Shown: in pieces, positions 18,966 through 27,780 of the stretch
Layout of the letters: every line of letters begins with the position of its first letter
Numbering within the stretch: position 1 is the stretch's first letter
Assembly: GCA_035297365.1 (NCBI GenBank)
Contig: DATGZA010000013.1
Location: forward strand, 1 to 27,780
Source of the DNA: Nitrososphaeraceae archaeon
GTDB taxonomy: Archaea; Thermoproteota; Nitrososphaeria; Nitrososphaerales; Nitrososphaeraceae
Reading direction: 5' to 3'
DNA length: 27,780 nt
The notes under the pieces: model-generated
Database searches by the model: none
Seen by the model: the letters and a program-made list of their open reading frames with translations, nothing else
What the model was told of the DNA's origin: nothing
Program-made: the position numbers and the translations under genes

Positions 18966-19019
18966 CTTAAGGTAGAAAGTGAAATCGTCACAGTATCTAT
19001 ATCGTTCGAGTAATAGTAA

Positions 19020-19051
19020 TAAATAAATGAATAAATACATTCATTTATTTA
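19020..19051. promoter_or_regulatory. Perfect inverted repeat, 13-bp arms with 6-bp spacer (candidate operator or recombination site)
   Basis: TAAATAAATGAAT-AAATAC-ATTCATTTATTTA, in a divergent intergenic region. The repeat is certain; its function is not. Confidence 0.5.
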
Positions 19052-19215
19052 CAATCATAATAATTTAATTCGCATAGATTTACTATATAATATAACGAAA
19101 TTGAAAAAGTCAGATCTATCGCATGATAGCATACTTTATATTTTCGGTGTTTATAGGCGACTCTATATAACTAGAAAAACAAAGAAAAAATGATGAAGGT
19201 GTTGAAACAAAAGTT

Positions 19216-20217
19216 ATGAATTCCAAAAATGATATATCCGGAATACACCACATTACTGCCATTTGCAGCGATCCACAAAAAAATATTGATTTTTATACAA
19301 AATTGTTGGGACTTCGACTAGTCAAATTAACTGTAAACTTTGATGATCCTAGTACATATCACCTCTATTATGGCGATGAAATAGGTCATCCGGGAACTAT
19401 TCTGACATTCTTTCCATGGTCCAATGCCCCAAAAGGTTATAGAGGTACAGGTCAGGCTGTTACAACATCTTTTCTAGTACCTCAAAACTCCATTGAATAC
19501 TGGAGGAAACGTCTAAAGAATAATGATGTTTGTTTTGAAGAACCTACAAAACGGTTTGAAGATGAGAAAGTAATAAGACTATACGATCCAGATGGTCTAG
19601 AATTGGAACTTGTCGCTCATTCATCAGCTGACAAAAATGATGAAAGGTTTTGGAAGGAGGGACCCATTTCATACGAAAACGGTATAAGAGGGTTTTATTC
19701 TGTAAGTCTATCTGAAGAAGGATACGAACGTACTTCAGAAATTTTATGTGAGTTAGGATACAAAATGATAGCAAATGAAGGAAATCGTTTCCGCTATCAA
19801 TTAGAAAATGCACAAGGTGTAGCAGGCTCAAAAATACTGGATGTCCTTTGCTTACCTTATACTCCTAATGGAATTATTGGAATAGGAACAGTTCATCATA
19901 TTGCATTTAGAACTCCATCAGATGAAAAACAAAAATCGATTAGAGATAATATCATAAAAATTGGCCTAAATCCTACACCTGTACTCGACAGAACATATTT
20001 TCATTCTGTATATTTTAGGGAACCAGGTGGTGTTCTATTTGAAGTTGCTACAGACCCACCAGGATTTACAGTAGATCAGAAGATACAAGACCTAGGAAAA
20101 AGGCTCATGTTACCAAGATGGCTTGAACCTGTAAGAGAAAAATTGGAAAGGGTTTTACCAAAGATAGATCTATCTGAAAACAATAAAAATTCTCAAAATG
20201 AAAAGGGACTACAATGA
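19216..20217 (+). CDS. Ring-cleaving dioxygenase, VOC/glyoxalase family (MhqA/MhqE/MhqO-like)
   Basis: 'GIHHITAI...FYTKLLGLRLVKLTVNFDDPSTYHLYYGD...PGTILTFFPW', 'GTVHHIAFR', 'DRTYFHSVYFREPGGVLFEVATDPPGF'. Confidence 0.93.
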   Translation: MNSKNDISGIHHITAICSDPQKNIDFYTKLLGLRLVKLTVNFDDPSTYHLYYGDEIGHPGTILTFFPWSNAPKGYRGTGQAVTTSFLVPQNSIEYWRKRLKNNDVCFEEPTKRFEDEKVIRLYDPDGLELELVAHSSADKNDERFWKEGPISYENGIRGFYSVSLSEEGYERTSEILCELGYKMIANEGNRFRYQLENAQGVAGSKILDVLCLPYTPNGIIGIGTVHHIAFRTPSDEKQKSIRDNIIKIGLNPTPVLDRTYFHSVYFREPGGVLFEVATDPPGFTVDQKIQDLGKRLMLPRWLEPVREKLERVLPKIDLSENNKNSQNEKGLQ

Positions 20218-20879
20218 TAAGGTCAAACGACTTGGGATTTACACATATTTATTCTTCTTCTAACGATCTCAGAGAAGATTACAGTAATAACAAGAAACTA
20301 ACATTTGTATTATTGCATGGTACAGGTGGCAATGAAGAAGACCTTATGTTTCTTGGCAAGGAAATAGAACCCAATGCATCTCTATTAAGTCCTCGAGGCA
20401 AAGTCTTGGAAAATGGTATGCCCCGTTTCTTTAGAAGATTATCCGAAGGAGTATTTGATTTAGAAGATCTTAAATTTAGAACATATGAGCTTGCAGACTT
20501 TATTCAAAATTGTTCATCACATTATGAATTTAACTTGCAAAATACAGTTGCAATTGGATTTTCAAATGGAGCTAATATTGCTGCTAGTATGATTCTTCTT
20601 CGTCCAAAAGTGCTACATGGTGCAATTCTTTTCAGAGCCATGGTTCCCCTAATTCCTGCTTATCCTCCAGATCTTTCAAACAAAAAAATCCTATTATCTG
20701 CAGGATTAAATGATCCGATAGTACCAAGGATCGAAACAGAAAATCTTTATAAAATATTTGAGAAGAATAATGCAATGATAACCTTAAAGTGGCAATCATC
20801 AGGTCACAATCTAATTCAAGAGGATATACTGATTGCAAGGAATTGGATCTCGAATAATTTTTCAGCTGAGAAGCAATAG
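20214..20879 (+). CDS. mhqD: Alpha/beta-hydrolase, phospholipase/carboxylesterase (MhqD-like)
   Basis: 'LLHGTGGNE', 'SPRGKVLENGMPRFFRRL.EGVFD', nucleophile 'GFSNGANIA', 'DPIVP', 'GH'. ATGA overlap with the dioxygenase indicates translational coupling. Confidence 0.9.
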   Translation: MIRSNDLGFTHIYSSSNDLREDYSNNKKLTFVLLHGTGGNEEDLMFLGKEIEPNASLLSPRGKVLENGMPRFFRRLSEGVFDLEDLKFRTYELADFIQNCSSHYEFNLQNTVAIGFSNGANIAASMILLRPKVLHGAILFRAMVPLIPAYPPDLSNKKILLSAGLNDPIVPRIETENLYKIFEKNNAMITLKWQSSGHNLIQEDILIARNWISNNFSAEKQ

Positions 20880-21162
20880 TTAACAATTCCGTTATTAGAA
20901 CTAAAACAAAAAGAAAACAAAACTGATGACATTTTTGATTTTCAATTCATTTTTCTGATTCACAGTATTTTTGGTCGGGTGGACCTAATTAGATAACTAA
21001 CGTCACAATGGGAGCAGTGGTTTATGAAATAAATCAGACCTAATTCGCCCTTTTACTGTCTTATTTGTATATTTCATAGCTCAAAGAAATAAACAAACGA
21101 AAGATGACTTTTGTTTTTCGAAAAAGCAAAATATCGAGTTCTCTATAAATAAATTAAAAACA

Positions 21163-22344
21163 ATGTATAACCACACACATGAAAGAGATATCGAAAATGT
21201 ATTAATATTACAAGGTGGAGGTTCGTTAGGAGCTTTTGCGTGTGGAGTATGTAAAGCATTTGCAAAAAAAGATATAAAATTTGATATAGTAGCAGGAACA
21301 TCAATAGGAGCAATTAACGGAGCTATAACTACTGGAAGTAAAAATGACAATCCTGAAAAAGATTTAGAAGATTTTTGGATGGAGCTTGCCGAAAGTAGTT
21401 ATAATATAATACCTGACGTATTTTCTTTTGATTATGATAATCAAAATCATCAGTTTAATATCAAGAAATCATCTGCAGCATCATTAAATGCAGCTTTATT
21501 TGGAGTTCCAAAGTTCTTTGTTCCCAGATGGATGAATTGGAATAGGTATATGTGTAATCCTTCAAAGGATTTTCCTTTACAGTCATCAAATTGGACTTAT
21601 ATATACGATAATACTTTACTAGAAAAAACGCTGGACAAGTACATAGATTTCAGAAAACTCTCTGCGGATACAAAACAAAGCAATAAAAATGGTCAAAATG
21701 GTAACAATAATAATAACACACGTCTTATAATCACTGCTGTTGATGTTCTTTCCGCTGAACCAATAATATTTGACAGCTACAAAATACAAATAGAGATGAA
21801 ACATCTCTTAGCTACAATTGGATATCCTCAATACGGATTTCCATGGATAGAGGTAAATGACAGAATATATGCATGGGATGGATCCTTGTTAAGCAATACT
21901 CCAATACGAGAAGTTATGATGGCTTCTCCAAGTAAAGATAAAAATATCTTTGTAGTTGAGAATTTTCCTAAAAAAATAGGAAAGCTTCCATCTGATATGA
22001 GTGAAGTTCAGTCCCGAGCCAAAGATATAATGTTTACTGATAAGGACCAGAGTCTTGAAAAAATGTCCAGACTCATAACTAGGCATATTAATTTGATTGA
22101 AACGTTATATGATGTTTTTAAGGAACATGATCCTTCAAAGATAGACAAAGATATTATTAATTACATTGAAAAAGAGCATAAAATATTGGTAGAAAAATAT
22201 GGTGCCAAAATCTTAAATATCCAAAGAATCAGTCGAGAAAACAATAAGAGACCGTATCCATTGCAAAATGCTGACTTTTCTGTTAATACTATTAAAGAGC
22301 TGATTGTTGAAGGAGAGAATAAAGCTCTGGAGAGTTTAGAATAA
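21163..22344 (+). CDS. Patatin-like phospholipase
   Basis: Oxyanion 'LQGGGSLGAF', nucleophile 'GTSIGAING', catalytic Asp in 'WDGSLLSNTP', C-terminal 'NADFS...IKELI..GE'. Confidence 0.92.
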   Translation: MYNHTHERDIENVLILQGGGSLGAFACGVCKAFAKKDIKFDIVAGTSIGAINGAITTGSKNDNPEKDLEDFWMELAESSYNIIPDVFSFDYDNQNHQFNIKKSSAASLNAALFGVPKFFVPRWMNWNRYMCNPSKDFPLQSSNWTYIYDNTLLEKTLDKYIDFRKLSADTKQSNKNGQNGNNNNNTRLIITAVDVLSAEPIIFDSYKIQIEMKHLLATIGYPQYGFPWIEVNDRIYAWDGSLLSNTPIREVMMASPSKDKNIFVVENFPKKIGKLPSDMSEVQSRAKDIMFTDKDQSLEKMSRLITRHINLIETLYDVFKEHDPSKIDKDIINYIEKEHKILVEKYGAKILNIQRISRENNKRPYPLQNADFSVNTIKELIVEGENKALESLE

Positions 22345-22385
22345 CTATCTCATTAAAGTAGTGAATTTGAGAAAAAAATACTTTG

Positions 22386-22669
22386 TTAGTGTCTATTGCA
22401 AAATTACCTTGCTTTGTAATGACCTATTTGGTAGTTGCACAATAGCATGGTAGCATCTATTCTTCTAATATGTTATATGTAAGCCAGAGTCAATTAATCC
22501 TTGAATGTGTTCTCTCTATAACTAACGTTACTATTTGATGTCTATCTCTCTTACAGAATTTCTTTTTCTTTTAAATGCAATTCAATATGTATCTTTCTAT
22601 AGTTTCCTTTTTGATTCCTTTAGAATAATAAGCTTGATCAAAACATAAATTCTCATTCTTTTTTCTCAT
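22386..22669 (-). mobile_element. Highly degraded IS5-family transposase 3' remnant with a possible terminal repeat
   Basis: Minus strand: 'NLCFDQAYYSKGIKKE' (compare LCLDKGYDS), 'VIERTHSRIN' (compare WVVERTHSW.N), 'YHAIVQL...VILQ*' (compare NYLGLVQL), followed by ATAGACACTAA. Multiple stops. Confidence 0.55.
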
Positions 22670-22915
22670 CTAGTTATTTTTTTATGGTTGGAAATTATGT
22701 CTCAATCAGATATAGATATTCTAGGCGAGTTAGAGACGCCATTTATGAGAAAACTGAATACTCCCTATTGATTGCTTCAACTTACCAGCCGAGTATAACA
22801 AAGGTTAGACTACTGTTCAGATTATTCACAAAGCAATAAATCTTTGAACTCAGTCGGTATTTTTTCTATCACTATCATCAGATAATTAGATATTAATTTA
22901 TTATTTGATTTGAGA

Positions 22916-22971
22916 TCTAAACTTCAATAATAATAGTATTAATTCTAAACTTCAATAATAATAGTATTAAT
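22916..22971. repeat. Perfect 28-bp tandem duplication (TCTAAACTTCAATAATAATAGTATTAAT x2)
   Basis: Read directly. Ends 27 nt before the permease ATG, overlapping the expected TATA position. Confidence 0.95.
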
Positions 22972-22998
22972 ATACTCTATCATTTACTTTTTCTACTT

Positions 22999-24048
22999 AT
23001 GTGCGGATTCTTGTTTTTTTTATTCAAAAGAATCATTAACATTTTCGTAGTTTTATTTTCTATTCTTGTATTAACGATCTCACTTTTAGGACCTGCAATG
23101 GACGATATTATACGGGAGTCTGTAAAGTTTAATGTTATAGATAGTTTGAATAATCAAAAAATAAAGTTTAACGATCTTACAGAACGTCAAAACTATATTG
23201 ATAACCAGATAAATCTGCAAGTAAAAAACCTCGGACTTGATCAACCCTGGTATTCTCCAAATAGATTTTTTAATACTTTATTTAAGGTAATGTTCTTAGA
23301 TCTTGGCAAGTCAAATTACTTTGTAGCGGATTCAGGTTCTTCCTATATAAAAGACATCATAATAGAAAAAATTCCAAAAACTCTCTTATTATTTACTACA
23401 ACCACTATCATCGTGGCAGTAATAGGTGTCTATCTGGGAACATATTTGGCTGATCGAGCAAGATCCAAACTAGATCAAATAAATTCTATTTTTGCAGTCT
23501 TTAGTAACAGTGTTCCTGTTTGGTGGTTTGGAATGATTATGATCTTTATCTTTGCTTTTTCTCTTGATATTTTTCCTGCTCGTTCAACACCCGTTACCTC
23601 TCCCAATGATCCAATCTACATCTTTGATCTTTTGTATCACATGATCCTCCCATTGATTACTATGGTAATCCTTGGTTTTGGATCTTTGGCATTTATTGTT
23701 AGATATATAGTTTCTGGAATTCTAAATGAAGACTATATAAGAGCACAATTTGCTATGGGGATCCCCAGGAAAAAAATAATATATTCACATGCTCTAAAAA
23801 ATGCAGCGCCTCCGATTATTACAATAATTGCACTAGGGCTTGCTGGTTCCTTCGGCGGTGCTTTTACAGTGGAAGCAGTATTTGATTGGCCTGGAATGGG
23901 AAAATTATATTTTGATGCTATAGGGTTGATGGATGTACCGGTAATTATAGGATTAACATACATCTCATCGCTAATTTTTCTATTAACTGTCTTCTCTGTA
24001 GACATTATATATGCATATTTCGACCCAAGAGTGAAGCTGAATGAATGA
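22999..24048 (+). CDS. dppB: Peptide/nickel ABC transporter permease (DppB/OppB-like)
   Basis: 'LGLDQPWY', 'DLGKS', 'HMILP', EAA loop 'EDYIRAQFAMGIP...HALKNA', 'VEAVFDWPGMG', C-terminal 'DIIYAYFDPRVK'. Confidence 0.93.
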   Translation: MCGFLFFLFKRIINIFVVLFSILVLTISLLGPAMDDIIRESVKFNVIDSLNNQKIKFNDLTERQNYIDNQINLQVKNLGLDQPWYSPNRFFNTLFKVMFLDLGKSNYFVADSGSSYIKDIIIEKIPKTLLLFTTTTIIVAVIGVYLGTYLADRARSKLDQINSIFAVFSNSVPVWWFGMIMIFIFAFSLDIFPARSTPVTSPNDPIYIFDLLYHMILPLITMVILGFGSLAFIVRYIVSGILNEDYIRAQFAMGIPRKKIIYSHALKNAAPPIITIIALGLAGSFGGAFTVEAVFDWPGMGKLYFDAIGLMDVPVIIGLTYISSLIFLLTVFSVDIIYAYFDPRVKLNE

Positions 24049-25657
24049 CGGTGATTATGATAATAATAACAGAAAGAAAACTAGTTCCATAGATGAGGAA
24101 CAAATATTGAGGAAAGAAAAAATAGATAAAGCAGATGATGATGAAGTAGACAAAAAAGACTGGACATACTCTGTACACAAAAAACATAACAAAATGAACA
24201 ACGCAAAGAAATACATTGAAGTTTTATCAGAGTTTAAGAGTCACAAAACTGGGATCGCTGGTGTGGTTATCCTGATTTTTCTCATCTCTCTTACTGTCTA
24301 CGCTGTTCTATTCATACCATTTGATTCATTCAAACAATGGAACAATCCGTCATTCTGGATAGATAATCCCAAAACTGCAGCTCCATTATGGAGTAGTCTA
24401 GGATTATTTGGGGAAAAAAGTCCAGAACATATGATCCTTACATCTTCATCCCCTCTATCTCCCACATCATCTTCACCAAAATCATCACTAAGCACTCTAG
24501 CCAAAGATGACCAAAATATAGCTACTGTTTCAGAGGCACAAGAACACGGTATCAAAGTGATAACCCATTCATACAAAACTAACTATGGGTCGATAGTATC
24601 TCCCACCGATTTTATGATCACTTACTCTTTATCAAAAGGAGAAGTTCCCCCTGCCATAGAGGTAGAAGTAAAGAGACCAGACGGTACCATATTTGAAATT
24701 TATTTTGACTCAATTATGTCAACAATGACAGGATCGATCAATAATATTACCTCTGGAAGATTATTTTCAACTGATGATGCAATTCACCAAAAACTACTGA
24801 ATTATTTAAAGATGTACAATTACATCCAGGATCCAAAAAGACCTCAACTCATGCTCTTTTCTGAATTAACAAAAAATTCAATTTTGAAAGGTGAATATAT
24901 TTTCAATGTAAAATTCTATCTTTTTAACGATGAAGACAAAATATTAGAAACAAAACTCATCCTAGGAGGTAAAAGGTTTGGTATAATAGGTACTGATGAA
25001 ATGAGACGCGACCTTGCTATTGGATTACTATGGGGAACGCCAATAGCTCTTTTCATTGGTCTTTCTGTATCCAGTATTTCTATTCTCATAGGCCTTATCT
25101 ACGGGGTTATTTCTGGTTATAAGGGAAGGAGAACAGATGAAGGGTTAATGCGCATTAACGATATATTTTATTCATTGCCTACCCTTCCTCTTCTTATTAT
25201 CTTGTCAATTATTATAGGACGAAATATCTTTATCATAGTGCTATTTCTTATCTTCTTTGGTTGGATGGGAACTGCAAAGATAGCGAGAAGTCTAGCATTG
25301 CAAATAAAGAATTTTCAGTATATAGAAGCAGCTAAAATGATAGGTCAATCTGACATTAAAATTATTTTTAAACATATTATACCTCAGCTTTTGCCTCTAA
25401 CTTTTGCAAGTATTGCAATATCTGTCCCAGGGGCTATCTTGGCAGAGGCATCTCTTAGTTTTATAGGACTTGGAGACCCTTCAGTTCCTACCTGGGGTCA
25501 AATTCTACATGAAGCGCATTTGGCCTCTGCAGCATCAAGGGGATTATGGTGGTGGTTGATACCTCCTGGTATGTTAATAGCTTTAACCGGACTAGCATTC
25601 GTACTTATAGGAAATACTTTTGAATCCATATTTAATCCAAAAATTAAAAAACAATGA
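24041..25657 (+). CDS. dppC: Peptide/nickel ABC transporter permease (DppC/OppC-like) with a large extracytoplasmic insertion
   Basis: 'IGTDEMRRDL', 'YIEAAKMIGQSD..IIFKHIIP', 'EASLSFIGLGDP..PTWG', 'WWWLIPPG', 'NPK'. Overlaps the upstream permease stop. Alternative start at MNNAKK. Confidence 0.92.
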   Translation: MNDGDYDNNNRKKTSSIDEEQILRKEKIDKADDDEVDKKDWTYSVHKKHNKMNNAKKYIEVLSEFKSHKTGIAGVVILIFLISLTVYAVLFIPFDSFKQWNNPSFWIDNPKTAAPLWSSLGLFGEKSPEHMILTSSSPLSPTSSSPKSSLSTLAKDDQNIATVSEAQEHGIKVITHSYKTNYGSIVSPTDFMITYSLSKGEVPPAIEVEVKRPDGTIFEIYFDSIMSTMTGSINNITSGRLFSTDDAIHQKLLNYLKMYNYIQDPKRPQLMLFSELTKNSILKGEYIFNVKFYLFNDEDKILETKLILGGKRFGIIGTDEMRRDLAIGLLWGTPIALFIGLSVSSISILIGLIYGVISGYKGRRTDEGLMRINDIFYSLPTLPLLIILSIIIGRNIFIIVLFLIFFGWMGTAKIARSLALQIKNFQYIEAAKMIGQSDIKIIFKHIIPQLLPLTFASIAISVPGAILAEASLSFIGLGDPSVPTWGQILHEAHLASAASRGLWWWLIPPGMLIALTGLAFVLIGNTFESIFNPKIKKQ

Positions 25658-25766
25658 TGATAATGAAATTACAAATACCAATAATGATTAGAAGACATTG
25701 GTTAACGAATCTTGCACTTTGCTATTAACGTTATCTATATTTAGAGAATAAAAAAAAGATTTATGA

Positions 25767-26960
25767 GTGATGGATCAAAATGATTTGAAGATGGATAAAG
25801 CTAAAGATAACAAGTATCTTTATATTTTTGTAAAATCCAGTAATAGGTCATCTGTTTATCTTTCAAGCTTTCTTTTAATTATATTAACAGTTTTTCTCTT
25901 TTCTACAGTCTACTTCTCCAATAATGAATCATATGCTCAAATTACTTCATTTATCTCCGATAGTGATGCTACAACAAAGGTAAAGGATAAATCAAATACA
26001 ACTAGCCAAGAGGCAAAATCCTCATTTGAAGCAGCAAATAAACTGTTGTTAAGTAATCCAATTAAAGCTATTGAACTTTATAATAAGGCCATCTCTCTAG
26101 ACCCCAATTGGGCAGCGCCATATCTGAATAAAGGGAATGCTATTTCTAAACAGGGTAATTCTAAAGGTGCTCATGAACAATTTGATAAAGCGATATCATT
26201 AGACCCAAACTGGGCAGCTCCTTTAATGGATAAAGGAAATATTTTATTTAAACAAAAGAATTTTACGAATGCAATTGAACTTTATAATAAGGCCATCTCT
26301 CTAGACCCCAATTGGGCAGCGCCATATCTGAATAAAGGAAATACATTATTTAAATTAGGAAATTATTCTGGTGCTATTGAATCTTATGATAAGGCAATAT
26401 CACTTCTTGGAAATTTGGATGAACAGATAAAATCCTTAGATAAAACCCAGATTTCATTATTGCCTTATTGGATAAATGTTTGGCTTGATAAGGGAGAAGC
26501 ACTCTATAAACTGGAACGTTTTGATGAATCTCTTGCTGTGTATGATAAATTGATTTCTCTAGATCCTAAATGGGCAAATCCTTGGAATAGTAAAGGATGG
26601 GCATTACATAAACTGGACAAGAATAATGAAGCAGTAGCAGCCTTTGATGAGGCTATAAAGTTGGATCCAACTTGGTCAAAACCATGGAACAGTAAGGGTT
26701 GGGTTTTGTATAAACTTGCAAAATTTGAAGAAGCACTTTCTGCTTTTGATAAAGCAATATCCTTAGAGCCTAAATGGGACAAACCATGGTTCAATAAGGG
26801 TAAAGTGTACTATGATTTAGACAAATTTCCAGAAGCAAAACAGTTTCTGGAACATGCACTATCCCTTAATCCGAAAGATCCAAAAACACCTCAATTAATA
26901 GAGACAATCAATACAAAAATGACACAGGCAAAATCACCAACACCCGCATCAACACCATAA
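25767..26960 (+). CDS. Exported or membrane-anchored tetratricopeptide-repeat protein
   Basis: N-terminal hydrophobic segment (FLLIILTVFLFSTVYF...SYA-Q) followed by about 8 34-aa TPR units (NKG..L..LG....A...YDKAISLDP.W). Confidence 0.92.
   Translation: MMDQNDLKMDKAKDNKYLYIFVKSSNRSSVYLSSFLLIILTVFLFSTVYFSNNESYAQITSFISDSDATTKVKDKSNTTSQEAKSSFEAANKLLLSNPIKAIELYNKAISLDPNWAAPYLNKGNAISKQGNSKGAHEQFDKAISLDPNWAAPLMDKGNILFKQKNFTNAIELYNKAISLDPNWAAPYLNKGNTLFKLGNYSGAIESYDKAISLLGNLDEQIKSLDKTQISLLPYWINVWLDKGEALYKLERFDESLAVYDKLISLDPKWANPWNSKGWALHKLDKNNEAVAAFDEAIKLDPTWSKPWNSKGWVLYKLAKFEEALSAFDKAISLEPKWDKPWFNKGKVYYDLDKFPEAKQFLEHALSLNPKDPKTPQLIETINTKMTQAKSPTPASTP
26070..26338 (+). repeat. Two identical 65-bp segments (26070-26134 and 26274-26338) inside the TPR gene
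   Basis: Exact nucleotide identity at 204-bp spacing, equal to two 34-aa TPR units. Confidence 0.9.
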
Positions 26961-27653
26961 AACTCTTCTTATTTCTTTATTGTTTCATCTTTTATACTAT
27001 TTTTATAAGGTATCTGTCTAAGGATGATCTATGTTTAATAACAGAAGAGTAGATTATCCTGACTCACCGGAGCCCACTATCGTAATCTATATACTTTCTC
27101 TTGTGGTTCTTTTGTCTTCGTACAACGGATAATCCCCAAAAGTACTTTTAACGATAAAAACCACGAAGTAATTAATAATGAACTTAACCCAGAATAGAAT
27201 GCACTCAAATTAAAACCATCACAGATTTCAATATTGGAAACAAATTTACAAACAGTTACAGTAAATTTAGTCTCAGGATTATGTGAAGAATTTTATGAAG
27301 GACTTGAATTTACGGTAATAATGTAACCGAATGTATTAACAATCCTTTTTCATATGTACAGAATGAGCAACAATATGTATCCAATCCGTCATTAAATATT
27401 TTAATAGATTTTGAACCCCAATCTATCTATAATATTATTCTAGCTGGCTAACGAATTAAAATTTGGAGATAGTAAAGTAATAAGTTTCCGAATATTCGTA
27501 GACTATATCATTAACAATAAAGGTTTCTGAAATTTTTCGATAGGATGTTCCTTTTGCATATATCCTAAGGAAAATAACTTCTATAGTGAAGATACTATCT
27601 ATTTATTGAAATGAAAATTATATTCGAAATTTAAAGACGTATTAAAATATTTT

Positions 27654-27780
27654 AACTAACTAACTAACCAACCAACCAACTAACTAACTAACCAACTAAC
27701 TAACTAACCAACTAACTAACTAACCAACCAACCAACCAACTAACTAACCAACCAACCAACAAACCAACTAACCAACCAAC
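27654..27780. repeat. Mixed tetranucleotide microsatellite (AACT/AACC)n, at least 31 units, running off the window
   Basis: Strict 4-nt period AAC-N. Fourth-base string read as TTTCCCTTTCTTTCTTTCCCCTTCCCACTCC. Confidence 0.95.

Noticed and set aside
18857-18991. N-terminal extension of the 179-aa ORF-track call 18452..18991
   Set aside because: The homologous block upstream of 4103 has an in-frame TGA, and the signal peptide begins at ATG 18856, so the extension is promoter DNA.
27030-27615. Possible decayed plus-strand gene after the TPR gene
   Set aside because: Short open stretches with protein-like composition but no recognisable motif. Cannot be supported without a frameshift-aware search.

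Overview
AT-rich archaeal DNA, most likely from a soil ammonia-oxidising archaeon (Nitrososphaeraceae, Nitrosocosmicus-like). This assignment is inferred from the gene set (ESCRT-III/CdvB paralogue, pelota, CutA, thaumarchaeal-type hypotheticals, PsbP-domain protein), TATA-type promoters and T-tract terminators. The left third holds mostly core genes: an ESCRT-III protein, an M3-like metallopeptidase, a possible arcadin-1-like protein, pelota, a PP2C phosphatase and CutA. The middle is an accessory, partly decaying stress/redox region: PsbP-DsbA fusion, RTX-repeat protein, pyruvate oxidase-family enzyme, SDR, wrbA and nitroreductase pseudogenes, an MhqE/MhqD-like pair, a patatin and an IS5-like remnant. 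The right end has two peptide ABC permeases, a TPR protein and a mixed AACT/AACC microsatellite. Signals missing from the ORF track: (1) a 45-aa, 10-cysteine metallothionein-like gene with its own TATA box (15072-15209, minus); (2) two paralogous secreted Asn-rich proteins (4103+, 18856-) that share an ungapped, about 80% identical 109-bp upstream promoter module; (3) a perfect 13-6-13 inverted repeat; (4) several pseudogenes. No rRNA, tRNA or CRISPR array was seen. All family calls come from motif recognition by eye, not from database searches.
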